The translations under genes were made by a program, and so were the position numbers. The notes beneath the pieces are model-generated. The model was not told the DNA's origin and did not search any database. It saw only the letters and a list, made by a program, of their open reading frames with translations. Of a stretch of 25,260 nt of DNA, positions 6,880 through 16,640 are shown in pieces. The stretch's first letter is position 1, and each line of letters begins with the position of its first letter. Source of the DNA: a virus (taxonomy: Duplodnaviria; Caudoviricetes); the IMG/VR virus record IMGVR_UViG_3300037524_000322, positions 1-25,260 of that record, one strand, 5' to 3'.

Positions 6880-9800
6880 CGGTGCGCTCGAACGTGAGTC
6901 CGAGGTCGAGCATCCCGCCCGTCTGCGGGCGCTCCTGCACGTCCGTCAGGATGCAGTACACGGGGTCCCAGCCCCAGCCCGGTGGGGACTTCAGCCAGCA
7001 GCCGTAGCCCAGATGCATGAGGCGGGCCAGGCGGGAAGCCACATCGCCGTCCTCGGAAGGACGCAGCCGCGTCTCGGCCCGCACGGTGAACGGGCCGCGG
7101 CCCCAGGAGATGTGGACCGTGGAGCCGCGCCCTGGCGGGTCGTGGCGCTCCGTGATGCTGGTCTGTCCACGGTCTGCGCGAGTGATGCGCAGGAGCCGGG
7201 TGTATGCCTGGTCTGTCGGACACACGACTTGCCACCATCCATCCCTCGCTGACGTCAGGGTCGCCGTGACATACGCACCCTCCGACGCCTGCGCCCCGTT
7301 GTGCGCCTCGATGCGGTAGTCGTTGGCGCCCCAGCGCCCGCCGTAGTGGACGAAGGCTGCGGTCGTCAACTTGGTGCGCCCGTCATCGACGGCCACCGGT
7401 CCTGCGTCGACGCGCTGCCAGGTGCCATCGGCGGACAGCCACCAGACGCGGTAATGGTCGAAGTAGGTGTCGGCACTCGCCGTCCACGTCAGCCTGACGG
7501 CCGACTCTCCTGAGTCGATGGTCCACGCCAGCCCGGCGAGGACGGCCGGAGCGGTGAACGACGTGGTGAAGGTCCAGCGTGATGAGGTCGTGGAGCCGCC
7601 CCAGGTGTCGGTCCCGATGACCTCCCAGGCATAGGTGACGGCGTGCTCCAGCAGGAGCGTCGGCAGCGTCAGGCTCGCGGTGGTTCCGGCCACCGACCCC
7701 TGCCAGACGAGCTTGTCGTGACCGCTCACCCGTTTGTACAGCTTGACGAGCGCCGCGGATTGCGTGCCGCTCCCCCCCGAGAGGGACCACGCCAGCGTCT
7801 GCGTGGGATCGTTGACCGTGCCCGCGTCCGCGGGCGATGACAGCGAGGTGGTCGGAGGCGGACGGAACGTGGCCGTCACCCATCCCGACCAGCCGCCCCA
7901 ATGGTCGGCCTGTGCCACGTCGCCGGACGTATGCGCGTAGGTCAGTCCCTCGTTGAGCGTCAGGCCCGTGCCGCCCGCACCCGCCGTTCCGACGTTCGTG
8001 ATCTCGCGGACCTCCCAGTCAGCTCCGCTCGCGGCTCCCATGCAGAAGCTGTCGCCGGCCGCCAACCCCGCCACGCTGGCGACCTTGACGTTGGTGGCGC
8101 CCGCGATCGAAGAGGCGGCCAGCGTCGTGACGAGGATGGGCGTGACGTCGTCGAGGTAGCGCACGCGCCAGTCGTAGGAGGTGCCCGAGACGAGCGGCCC
8201 GGACGTGCTGCTGTCCGGGTCGATGACCCCGACACGAAGGTCGCGCACGTAGAGGCTGCCGGCGTAGGTGCCCGACACGTCCGCGAAGAGCGAGAAGCCG
8301 ATGATCGCGCTCGGCACGAGCGTCCCGGCCGTGGCCGTGGGTGCCTGCAAGGCCACATCCACCTCGGCCCAGACGTTGATGGTGGCCGCGGACGGAAAGA
8401 CCTCGTAGTCCCAGTGGTCGCCCGTGGCCGAGTGGAAGCGGACCAGCCAGCGCGTCAGGTTGGTCTTGTTGGTGACCTTGCGCCAGAGCTTGAGCCGGGC
8501 CCCGGTCCCGTAATCTCGCAGGGAGATGGGCGCCGTGAAGGCGTAGTAGGCCCCGCGGTCGGTCGATGACGACGCGGCCACGATGCTCGTGCTGTTGCCG
8601 GTGTAGCCGGATGGCTGGTCCGCGACCGTGGACACGCTGACGTTGGTGTCGGGCGTCCATCCGGTCGAGGTCGCCAGCGCGTGCAGGCGCTCACCCGTCG
8701 CGTGCCAGTCCGACACGGCCCAGCCGGTGGCCGCATACGAGTAGCGCCGCTCCACGAGTGCGCCGCCACCAGCGGGCGGGAGGGTGCCGGCAGCCGTCTC
8801 GCGCAGCTCCACCTCCTTGCAGATGGGCCACTCGCTATATGCCTGCTGGTCCGCGTTGACGTAGGGCGACCAGATGCGCACGTCGTTGACCTTGACGACG
8901 CCCTCCGATGGCGCCGGGATGATCTCGGCCGTGGCGCCAGGCAGCGCGTTGATGCGGATGGCATAGCGCGGCGACCATGCACCGAAGACACCAGCGGCGA
9001 CGGTGCGGATCTGCGCGTCCCAGAGCAGCGGCGCCTCGTCGCCTCCGTCGCCCCAGGCCAGCACGCCGGCCGGCGGGTAGACGACCACGGACGCTCCGGC
9101 GGTCATGGCCACCTCGCCCGAGTCGTAGACCTCCTCGCCGGCTCGGTGTAACCGCCAGCGGTAGCCGTCGAAGTTCGAGCCGTGGCTGATGGTCAGTGCC
9201 GGCTCACGGGTCAGCAGCTTGGTGTTCGTGCTGTTCGGGCTGAGCGAGTCCGGTCCGACAGACGCCCACACCTGGGTGTACTGCCATGGCGTCCACGCGC
9301 CCCACACGTCGTCGCGGTTGGCGTGTCGCTGGCGCCAGCGGACCCATTCGCCGTTGACGAGCGAGTCCCCCTGGTAGGCGATGTCCGACCGTGTGCTCGT
9401 GCCCCCGATGCCGACCTGCCCCGGCGCCCAGAGGGTCACGCTGCCATAGGGCGTATCGCGGTAGAACTCGCCCTCCCACGCCTTGATGTAGTCGTCTGGG
9501 TCGGCGCTGGACAGGCTCCCGTAGATGTGCGCCCCATCGGTCAGCGGAGACATGTAGGACTGCGCCGGGGCCTGCACCGTGTAAGCCAGGTAGAAGCGAC
9601 CATCAGCCAGGCTGGTGAACGGCCCCCAGTCGCCCTGGTCATCCATGATCGCGATGCGGTAGCGCAGGTTGGTGCGCGGCGGCAGGTAGCCGTGCGTGAT
9701 GTTGTACACGCTCATGCGATAGGCGCCGTATCCGATGGCCAGGGGCGACCACCCGGCCGCCAGCGCGTACAGGGTCCCCGGCGTGCCGTCGGTGGCCGCG

Positions 9801-10570
9801 TCGGCATAGACCTCGAGCTGGTGGAACGAGGGATACCCGCCATCGGTGTCGCTGAAGAGGTAGTCAACGTCGAAGGTGGAGGCGTAGTACGACGCGCAGA
9901 CGGCCGGGCTGCTGCCGGGCACCGGAGAATAGACGATGGGCGCATTCGGCGGCCGGTTGGCGGTGTAGGTCACCTCGATGTAGGGCCGCTCGCCGACGTT
10001 CCCGGCACGCATCCCGTAGAGCTCGAAGCGGTCCGCCTCGGTCGCCTCGTCGGGAGCCTTGAGCCGGAGGCCGTGGTTCTCCTGCGCTCCACCGGCCGCC
10101 CCCCCCGAGCGCAGGACCTCCGCCGGTGCCCACTCCTCGATGATGTCCGTGATGGTCAGCGTCTTGACGTCGTCGTGCGTGGCGGCCATCGGCCCCTTGG
10201 TATAGGTCGTGTCCGTGACGGCGGGGCCGGGGTAGACCGTCCCGCCACTGGTCGCCCAACGACCCTCGCTGCCGCCACCCTCGGACCAGTACTCACTGAC
10301 GCGCTGCACCTCGAACGTCGGGCCAGCGCCGAAGGTGACATGCACCTCGGACGTGGACTTGACCACGAGCCGGGCGCTGACGATCTGGTACATGCCCGAC
10401 CAGTCGGCCGCGAACTTGAGCAGCCCGCGATACTTGCTGCCGTTCGCCGTGCGCCCGATAGGGATGTGCCGGTCGTTGCCGTTGCCGCGCTCCTTGACGG
10501 TCTCCGACTCGTCGTAGAGGAGGCTTTGCTCCTTGACGATCGGGAAGATGCGCGTGTACTGGTAGGCCAT
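6869..10570 (-). CDS. Large multidomain minor tail protein (DNRLRE-like N-domain, FN3-like repeats, CBM-like insert, Dit-like C-terminus)
   Basis: Directly follows the TMP. YRGLLKF...WSE...NHGLRLK...RPYIEVTY N-domain; repeated W-G-x-W-S/T motifs; GGTGGAG RBS. Confidence 0.85.
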   Translation of the reverse strand: MAYQYTRIFPIVKEQSLLYDESETVKERGNGNDRHIPIGRTANGSKYRGLLKFAADWSGMYQIVSARLVVKSTSEVHVTFGAGPTFEVQRVSEYWSEGGGSEGRWATSGGTVYPGPAVTDTTYTKGPMAATHDDVKTLTITDIIEEWAPAEVLRSGGAAGGAQENHGLRLKAPDEATEADRFELYGMRAGNVGERPYIEVTYTANRPPNAPIVYSPVPGSSPAVCASYYASTFDVDYLFSDTDGGYPSFHQLEVYADAATDGTPGTLYALAAGWSPLAIGYGAYRMSVYNITHGYLPPRTNLRYRIAIMDDQGDWGPFTSLADGRFYLAYTVQAPAQSYMSPLTDGAHIYGSLSSADPDDYIKAWEGEFYRDTPYGSVTLWAPGQVGIGGTSTRSDIAYQGDSLVNGEWVRWRQRHANRDDVWGAWTPWQYTQVWASVGPDSLSPNSTNTKLLTREPALTISHGSNFDGYRWRLHRAGEEVYDSGEVAMTAGASVVVYPPAGVLAWGDGGDEAPLLWDAQIRTVAAGVFGAWSPRYAIRINALPGATAEIIPAPSEGVVKVNDVRIWSPYVNADQQAYSEWPICKEVELRETAAGTLPPAGGGALVERRYSYAATGWAVSDWHATGERLHALATSTGWTPDTNVSVSTVADQPSGYTGNSTSIVAASSSTDRGAYYAFTAPISLRDYGTGARLKLWRKVTNKTNLTRWLVRFHSATGDHWDYEVFPSAATINVWAEVDVALQAPTATAGTLVPSAIIGFSLFADVSGTYAGSLYVRDLRVGVIDPDSSTSGPLVSGTSYDWRVRYLDDVTPILVTTLAASSIAGATNVKVASVAGLAAGDSFCMGAASGADWEVREITNVGTAGAGGTGLTLNEGLTYAHTSGDVAQADHWGGWSGWVTATFRPPPTTSLSSPADAGTVNDPTQTLAWSLSGGSGTQSAALVKLYKRVSGHDKLVWQGSVAGTTASLTLPTLLLEHAVTYAWEVIGTDTWGGSTTSSRWTFTTSFTAPAVLAGLAWTIDSGESAVRLTWTASADTYFDHYRVWWLSADGTWQRVDAGPVAVDDGRTKLTTAAFVHYGGRWGANDYRIEAHNGAQASEGAYVTATLTSARDGWWQVVCPTDQAYTRLLRITRADRGQTSITERHDPPGRGSTVHISWGRGPFTVRAETRLRPSEDGDVASRLARLMHLGYGCWLKSPPGWGWDPVYCILTDVQERPQTGGMLDLGLTFERTDDA

Positions 10571-12664
10571 CTATCCACTCCACCTGTAACGAGTGTCCGC
10601 GGTGCGAGCTGCGTTGCGGAGGAGGGAGGCGACACCGACCTCGTCGAAGCCTGCGGCGCGCAGGTTGCCGGCGCTGGCGGCGTCGATGTGGTGGTAGTGA
10701 TCGTGGCGGCTGGGTGCGCCGTTGCCACCGCCCCCGCCGCCTGTCAGCTGTGACGTCTTGCCGGCGTCGAGGATGTAGCCGCGCCCGCCCATCAAGAGCA
10801 TCTCGGTGCCTCGCTCGTTGATCTGGTAGGCACCGGGACCGACCCAGCCACCGGAGGCGCGGCCAGGTGCTGCGCCTGAGCGGCGCCGCCCGGTCGCCGG
10901 GTCCACCAGCACACTGACGGAGTAGGTCTGGTCGTCCAGGCGCTCCAGTTCGGCCTGGATGGAGTCCACGATGGCGCGGGCGCGGTTCGCCGCCTCCACG
11001 TTGCCGTCCTCGAGCGCCGTGTTGAGCTTGCGCTGCGCGGCCTTCTGCTTGTCCTGCAGGAAGTTGACGTACTTGTCGCCGGCGAAGGGGTGCTCCATGG
11101 CCCAGCGCAGATCCGTCATGGCTTCGCGCACGTCGTCCTTGCCGCTCTTGATCTCCGCAGCCATGGCCCCGGGCATCTTCCCGGTGCTGTAGACGACGCG
11201 GGTCATCCCCTCCTTGAGCGTGCCGAAGGATTCCGTGATGGCCTCGGTGGCGGGGGGGATGATCGACGACAGCACGTCGTACTCGGCGTTGAGCTTGGCG
11301 AGATGCTGCCGGCCAAGCTCCGTGTTCTCCAGCCAGCCGAGGTAGGCGGTCGTGGCCTCGGACACCTTGATCGCGTTCTCGGTGACTGCAGCCGTATTGC
11401 CTTCGATGAGCGGGTTGAGCAGGTCGAACTCCTCATAGAGCGAGCCGATGTACTGCCGCCACGTAGCGATGCGGTCCTCGGTGGACATCATCACGAAGTT
11501 GACCGAGTCGAACACGCCGGCCATGGTGACGGCCTTATCGGTGACGACTCCCAGCTCGTTCCCGGACTCCTCGGAGATGACCCCGAGATGCTCCATGAGG
11601 TTGGCCTGGTTAGCGGCTGTGACATTCAGGCTGTCCAGCATCGTCCGCAGGAAGTCACCCTCCTCGCCGGAGAGGCGCAGCGACTTCTGGTACGACAGGA
11701 ACGACCGTGCCGACTTCGTGTCGAGGGTGTCGGCGATGGCCTCCAGCTCGGCTCGTGTGTCGCGCCCTGAGTCGATGAAGTCGAGCGCGGCGTCGGCCAG
11801 GTTGCCGATACCTTCCACGAGGCCGGCGACCGCCTCGACGGCGTTCGCCGAGACATCGGCGATGCCAGCCACGACGGGGATCATGATCTTGCCGAGTCGC
11901 TCGCCAGCATCGGCAGAGCGCAGCTCGGCCGCCTCGATCGCCCCGATGCCCTCGGACGCATACGCCTTCGCCTGCCCCTGCGCTCGCTTCTGGATCTCGG
12001 CCAGCGCCTCCGTCGCCGTGCTGCCCTTCTCGAGCACGATGCCGTAGCGGGACAGGGTGCCCAGGTTGCCGGCGTAGACCTTTCCCAGCAGGCCTGAAGC
12101 GGTGCCAAGGTCCAGGCCCTTCAGACGGGCCAGGTCCATCGACTGCGACAACAGGTCGAACGCGACGTCCGTGTCCTTCGTGATCGACACCAGGCTCTGG
12201 AGCGCAGCACGCTGGTCGTCGTCGGAGAACGCCAGCTTGACGCCGGCCGCGATGCGCTCCTCGACCTTGGCGATGTTGCCGTCCCACGCCGTGTCGTTCA
12301 CCTTGATCGCCTGCGTGAGCGTGTCGATGGCGGTCTGCTCCTCCGCCGCTGACCGCGCCATGTCGAACAGCCCACCGACCACGCCTGTCACAGCGCCCTT
12401 CAGCGCGTTGAACGCGACGATGCCACCCCCGATGCCGACGCCGGCAAGGATGCCCTTCTGCAGCTCGCTCGACTGCTTGACGAGCAGCCCCTGGCTGCTG
12501 GCGAGCTTGTTGGCCGCGGCGGTGCCCTGCCTGCCGAAGGCGTCCTCGGCCGTCTTGCCCGACTTCTTGATCGCGCCCTCGGCCGCGGTCAGGCCGGTCT
12601 GCAGCGGCTTGAGGTCGACACCGAGCTGATATGACGCCCTCCCGGCGACCGTCTCGCCAGCCAT
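10571..12664 (-). CDS. Tail tape measure protein
   Basis: 697 aa, Ala-rich and helical; SMDLARLKGLDLGTASGLLGKVYAGN and C-terminal RASGGWVGPGAYQINERGTE motifs; follows the chaperones. Confidence 0.93.
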   Translation of the reverse strand: MAGETVAGRASYQLGVDLKPLQTGLTAAEGAIKKSGKTAEDAFGRQGTAAANKLASSQGLLVKQSSELQKGILAGVGIGGGIVAFNALKGAVTGVVGGLFDMARSAAEEQTAIDTLTQAIKVNDTAWDGNIAKVEERIAAGVKLAFSDDDQRAALQSLVSITKDTDVAFDLLSQSMDLARLKGLDLGTASGLLGKVYAGNLGTLSRYGIVLEKGSTATEALAEIQKRAQGQAKAYASEGIGAIEAAELRSADAGERLGKIMIPVVAGIADVSANAVEAVAGLVEGIGNLADAALDFIDSGRDTRAELEAIADTLDTKSARSFLSYQKSLRLSGEEGDFLRTMLDSLNVTAANQANLMEHLGVISEESGNELGVVTDKAVTMAGVFDSVNFVMMSTEDRIATWRQYIGSLYEEFDLLNPLIEGNTAAVTENAIKVSEATTAYLGWLENTELGRQHLAKLNAEYDVLSSIIPPATEAITESFGTLKEGMTRVVYSTGKMPGAMAAEIKSGKDDVREAMTDLRWAMEHPFAGDKYVNFLQDKQKAAQRKLNTALEDGNVEAANRARAIVDSIQAELERLDDQTYSVSVLVDPATGRRRSGAAPGRASGGWVGPGAYQINERGTEMLLMGGRGYILDAGKTSQLTGGGGGGNGAPSRHDHYHHIDAASAGNLRAAGFDEVGVASLLRNAARTADTRYRWSG

Positions 12665-12939
12665 CAGGCGTCCACCAGCTCAGGGAACGGCACGGCCACG
12701 GGCTCCGCCGGCAGGTCGTCGCCGTAGTCGGCTTCGGTCGCCCAGGTCGCGCCGTCGGGCGCCTTGCCGCGCTTGCGTTCGGAGAGCAGGCGCAACTCGT
12801 CCACCGAGAGTCGCATGTCGAGGGCCTCGTCCACGGCGAAGGCGGTCACGTCATCCACCAGTCCCAGCATCCGGGAGGGGCGCTGCCCCCACCGGCTCGC
12901 TGTCCGCGCCACCCTCAGCGCCTCCGGGCTCGCCACGAA
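12664..12939 (-). CDS. Tail assembly chaperone extension (gpGT-like), probably reached by frameshift
   Basis: FVASPEALRVARTASRWGQRPSRMLGLVDDVTAFAVDEAL... overlaps the upstream gene in the +1 frame, has no RBS of its own, and its stop is coupled to the TMP start (TGATG). Confidence 0.7.
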   Translation of the reverse strand, partial: FVASPEALRVARTASRWGQRPSRMLGLVDDVTAFAVDEALDMRLSVDELRLLSERKRGKAPDGATWATEADYGDDLPAEPVAVPFPELVDA

Positions 12940-13402
12940 AGTCCTCCAGCGCGGACACGCTGACCTCCTCGTCGGGCTCGTCATCCGGCGGCAGACCGAG
13001 CAGGCGCCGGCTGCGCGCCGTGACCTCTGCGGGGGTGCGGTCGCGCAGGACGATGTCCTCGAGCGCGTCCAGGTCCGCCTGGTCGACATCCGGCACGGCG
13101 TCGGGGTCCATGCGCACCGGCACCCACTCGTCACCGTCGCGGACGGCGCGGATGGACGTGGCCACGAGGAAGGACATGAACTCGCCGATGAGCACCTGGC
13201 GCTCATCCTGGTGGCCGGCCTCGGTCAGCCAGTCCTTGTCAGCCGCGCGGAGGGCAGGCTCGTGGAGTCGCGACGGCAGGATGCCGTAGCGGATGAGGTG
13301 GCGCAGGGAGGGGCGGACGAGCCTGACCTGCGCCCCGGATGGAAGGAGGACCTCGACGATCCCGCTCTGCAGCCAACCGTTGCCGGCGGCGTCAGCCCGC
13401 AT
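12851..13402 (-). CDS. Tail assembly chaperone (gpG-like, 183 aa, MRADAAGNGW...)
   Basis: Between tail tube and TMP; TGATG coupling at 13400-13404; EVLLPSGAQVRLVRPSL N-terminus. Confidence 0.85.
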   Translation of the reverse strand: MRADAAGNGWLQSGIVEVLLPSGAQVRLVRPSLRHLIRYGILPSRLHEPALRAADKDWLTEAGHQDERQVLIGEFMSFLVATSIRAVRDGDEWVPVRMDPDAVPDVDQADLDALEDIVLRDRTPAEVTARSRRLLGLPPDDEPDEEVSVSALEDFRGEPGGAEGGADSEPVGAAPLPDAGTGG

Positions 13403-14406
13403 CAGCTCGCAGCGTAGGTCGCTTGGTTGTTCAGGACCTTGGCCGTGATGGGGGTCGAGCCGCCTGCCGGCTGGAGGCAGTCGAGCGTGATGCCCTCGGT
13501 GAGCGGGCTGTTGCCCGTGCCGGGCTGGATGTCGTACGGCGCCAGCGCCACACGGTGCAGCTGGAGCTGCAGGCTGCGCTCGGGGCCGGTGGCGCGGATG
13601 AACTTGAAGTCCACCGACGGCGTGCCGCCGAGCTCGAGGATGGCCGACACGGCCGCGGTGTTGTCCGCCGGGGATGCCCCTCCGTACATGAGCCGGTTCC
13701 GCATGCTGGTGGCGAGGAACAGCTTGGTGATGGTCAGCTGCGCGGTCAGTTCGCCTTCGCTGATGTCGATGCCGGTGAGGTTGTCGCCCGGGATGACCTC
13801 GCCGTTGTTGGAGATGACGAGCTGGAAGCCACGGATATCCGCCACCGCCGAGCCCTCGAGCATCAGGGCCCCGACGCCGTTGTAGTGCATCATCCGGTTG
13901 GTCACTTCGATGGTGGCCGTGGCCTCGGCCGCCGTCTTGAACACGGGGGTCAGGCCCAGCACATCCGCCGTCACGCGGAGCGGCTTGCCGCTCTCGCCCG
14001 AGATGGTCAGGGTGTTGACCTTGCAGTCGGCCGACCGCTCGAACAGGAGCGCCCCGATGCTGCGCCAGAAGGTGAGCCACGGACGTGACGTGGCCACCGT
14101 GAAGGTGTGCGTGTACGGGTCGGATGCACCGGTCACGGCCTTGGCTCCCAGGGTCGCGTACAGCAGCGCACCGATGGACAGCGGCATGACGTAGAACTCG
14201 GGCTGTCCGGCCGCGTGGACCTCGGAGACGTAGCGGTCGCTGCGCATCCGCAGGCCCGTCGTCTCCTCGAACGGCTCATCGGTCCGCTGGCTGCCGACCG
14301 TGGTGCCGTCCGCCAGGTAGAGGCCATAAGCGGAAACGGTGGACGGCGTGCCCTTGGATGCCTGGATGCCGAAGCGAAGATGGGCGATGTTCTCGGCGAT
14401 GGTCAT
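13402..14406 (-). CDS. Major tail (tube) protein
   Basis: 334 aa; FGIQASKGTP, PYTHTFT, CKVNTLTISG, ITAKVLNNQATY; AAGGAGG RBS; position fits. Confidence 0.9.
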   Translation of the reverse strand: MTIAENIAHLRFGIQASKGTPSTVSAYGLYLADGTTVGSQRTDEPFEETTGLRMRSDRYVSEVHAAGQPEFYVMPLSIGALLYATLGAKAVTGASDPYTHTFTVATSRPWLTFWRSIGALLFERSADCKVNTLTISGESGKPLRVTADVLGLTPVFKTAAEATATIEVTNRMMHYNGVGALMLEGSAVADIRGFQLVISNNGEVIPGDNLTGIDISEGELTAQLTITKLFLATSMRNRLMYGGASPADNTAAVSAILELGGTPSVDFKFIRATGPERSLQLQLHRVALAPYDIQPGTGNSPLTEGITLDCLQPAGGSTPITAKVLNNQATYAAS

Positions 14407-14409
14407 GGC

Positions 14410-14613
14410 CTAGACCTCCTTGGGGGTGGGAGCCGGCTTGGGCTCGGGCTTGGCTGGTTCCAGCCCGAAGGCCACGGCGACGCGCTCCTCGGTCTCGTCT
14501 GCGATGGTCACGAGCCCGGCGTCATTCGACGTCAGGACGACCACGCCGGCGATGGCGTCGTTGTACGTGTACTGCGTGTCGGGCTCACCCTTGCGCTTCG
14601 GGAACGTGCTCAT
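14410..14613 (-). CDS. Small hypothetical virion-module protein (67 aa)
   Basis: AAGGAGG RBS; fills the gap between terminator-like and tube genes. Confidence 0.8.
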   Translation of the reverse strand: MSTFPKRKGEPDTQYTYNDAIAGVVVLTSNDAGLVTIADETEERVAVAFGLEPAKPEPKPAPTPKEV

Positions 14614-14618
14614 CTGGA

Positions 14619-15029
14619 TCAGACCTCCTTGGTGTACCCGACGGCGACAAGCTCGAAACCGCGGACGTCGAAGCCGCGCGGGCTCTCCAGGTCGAACGAC
14701 ACGCCCCCCAGCTGCTCGTAGGTCTCGCCTCCGGGGTTGGCGACCAGGACGGCAGCGACCTCTGCCATGCGCTCGAGGACGGCCTCCGTGACGGAGCGGT
14801 CCGGGTCGCCCTCGCCGAGTCGGTCGGCCGCCCAGAGTGCGTGGACCTCGAACCTGAGCACGTCGGCGCGCCCCGACGTGTCATCGGTCGCGTAGAGCGT
14901 GCGTGCGGGCCAGAGGTAGAGCATGTCCGGGTCCACGCTCGCGGGCCGCACGCGGGAGTCGTCGCGGAGCGTCGGGTCGGGCTCGATGAGCTGCGCCAGC
15001 TCGTCGGCGATGTCAAGGATGGTGGCCAT
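14619..15029 (-). CDS. Putative tail terminator / completion protein
   Basis: Size and position before the tail tube; TGATG coupling at 15027-15031. Confidence 0.7.
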   Translation of the reverse strand: MATILDIADELAQLIEPDPTLRDDSRVRPASVDPDMLYLWPARTLYATDDTSGRADVLRFEVHALWAADRLGEGDPDRSVTEAVLERMAEVAAVLVANPGGETYEQLGGVSFDLESPRGFDVRGFELVAVGYTKEV

Positions 15030-15472
15030 CACCCAAGCCCCGAGAGGATGAGGTCATGGGGCCCCTGCTCACGCATCATCCCGGAACCCACGTCGAGGAT
15101 GGCGAACGAGCGCATCGGCGTCGACCCCAGGCGCGTCGTCAGGAACGCCCCGAACTTCTCACCCGCCTTCTGCAGCGGTCGCGGGGCGTTGGCGCGCTGG
15201 ACGTGGGGACCGCGATGCGCCCAGCCGGCGTGGGGGCCGCCACCACGCTCCAGGATGCCGGCGTAGGGCTTCTTCGACGAGATGGCCCCCGTGAGCTTCG
15301 TCTCGCCGCGCTTGTTGGTGCGCGCCCGGCGGTTCGCCTTGAGTGAGTCGCGGTAGGCGCCGGTGAAGGCAGGTGCGATGGTCATGGCGTACCGCAGGGT
15401 GTCGTCCAGGGCACCCTGGAACGACTCGGTGGCGTGCTGCACCAGCGGCGTGGGGTCGGTCTGGACGATCAC
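15029..15472 (-). CDS. HK97 gp10-like tail completion / neck protein
   Basis: APAFTGAYRDSL and KPYAGILERGG motifs; basic; position fits. Confidence 0.78.
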   Translation of the reverse strand: MIVQTDPTPLVQHATESFQGALDDTLRYAMTIAPAFTGAYRDSLKANRRARTNKRGETKLTGAISSKKPYAGILERGGGPHAGWAHRGPHVQRANAPRPLQKAGEKFGAFLTTRLGSTPMRSFAILDVGSGMMREQGPHDLILSGLG

Positions 15473-16008
15473 GTCGGCGACCCGGGGAAGCCGCTGGACA
15501 TGCGCAGCGAGCGGATGGTGCCGCTCTTCGCGCTGCCAGCCGTGGCGAAGGACGAAAGGAAGTGGAGGGCCCGCGGCGACATGACGTGCATGCCGTCCCC
15601 GGACACCGTGCCCGACGTGTCCGGCTCGGACGAGGACGAGAGGTCCCGGGCATGGCGGGCCGAGGCGCGGTCGATGACGGCCGCGTTGGCGAGGATGTAG
15701 GCGGCCTGGTGGTAGGTGGCCTGGAGGATGGCCGGCGGGATGTAGGCAACGCCTGAGCTCGTCTGGTCGATGGAGCGTGGGAACACACGGGCTTGCGTGC
15801 CGCTGTAACGCGGCCAGCCGGTGCGCACGAAGCCGTCGATCTCGCGCGTGGCGCGCTTCAGCGCCTTCTCGCGGTCGAAGACGGTCGTGGTGGCAGCCAG
15901 CCAGCGGTCGGCCTCGGGCCCCATGTCGGACCCCGCCAAGGCGTCCGCTGCTGCGATCGTGAGGTACGAGTCAGCAGCGGCTCCGGCGACGGTCGCGTCG
16001 AGCGTCAT
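15469..16008 (-). CDS. Head-tail adaptor (family often annotated DnaT-like ssDNA-binding)
   Basis: ADSYLTIAAAD, EKALKRATREID, QARVFPR, IPPAILQAT motifs. Confidence 0.8.
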   Translation of the reverse strand: MTLDATVAGAAADSYLTIAAADALAGSDMGPEADRWLAATTTVFDREKALKRATREIDGFVRTGWPRYSGTQARVFPRSIDQTSSGVAYIPPAILQATYHQAAYILANAAVIDRASARHARDLSSSSEPDTSGTVSGDGMHVMSPRALHFLSSFATAGSAKSGTIRSLRMSSGFPGSPT

Positions 16009-16637
16009 GTCGCGTAGAGGACCGTGATGTCGGAAGCGGCTGCGACATTGGCGCTCAGGAAGCCTGAGCAGGCCGCGCCGTAGACGTAGGTGCCCTCACC
16101 CACGCTGGCCTTCAGCACCGCGATGGTGCCAGCCGAGTCGGAGAGGGTGATGGTGCCCGCTGCCGTCGTGTTGACCACGACGGAGTGGAGGGTGCAATCG
16201 GCATCGAAGACGCCCGCGCCAGCGGCACAGCCGACGACGAGGGTGTCGTTGCCGGTGTTGATGACCCAGCCCGCGCCGGTCACGGACGTGACGGTCTGGA
16301 ACCACTTGGTACTCGTGGCCACGCTATTGGCGATCGGCACGATGGACTCGGAGATGACGGCGCCGGTCCGGTCGGTGCCGACGACGTCGATGGTGCCGAG
16401 CGTGTCGGTGCCGGTGACGGCGGTATGCGTAACGGTGATGCGCCGAGTGCCTGCCGTGGGCATCGTCGTGTTGGCCAGAGCATAGGCCCCGACCTTCATG
16501 TTGGTGCTGACGACGAAGCGGTTAGCGACCGCCGGCGTCGCCGCCCCGATGTTCAGGCGGGGGAACGGCCCTACGCCGCGCTCAAGCGCGGCAGCTGCGG
16601 CGTAGGCGGCCTCGTTGGGACCGGCGTAGACAGGCAT
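16005..16637 (-). CDS. Hypothetical beta-rich virion protein (possible head decoration)
   Basis: 210 aa, Thr/Val/Gly-rich; in the head module; coupled to the next gene. Confidence 0.75.
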   Translation of the reverse strand: MPVYAGPNEAAYAAAAALERGVGPFPRLNIGAATPAVANRFVVSTNMKVGAYALANTTMPTAGTRRITVTHTAVTGTDTLGTIDVVGTDRTGAVISESIVPIANSVATSTKWFQTVTSVTGAGWVINTGNDTLVVGCAAGAGVFDADCTLHSVVVNTTAAGTITLSDSAGTIAVLKASVGEGTYVYGAACSGFLSANVAAASDITVLYAT

Positions 16638-16640
16638 GGC

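Noticed and set aside
12851-14080. Extended ORF-track starts (12851-14080, 5135-5992, 1755-2879, 22363-23565, 23672-24427)
   Set aside because: The extensions overlap real upstream genes; internal coupled or RBS-supported starts were used instead.
15469-16008. DnaT-like replication function
   Set aside because: Position between capsid and tail genes indicates a head-tail adaptor.
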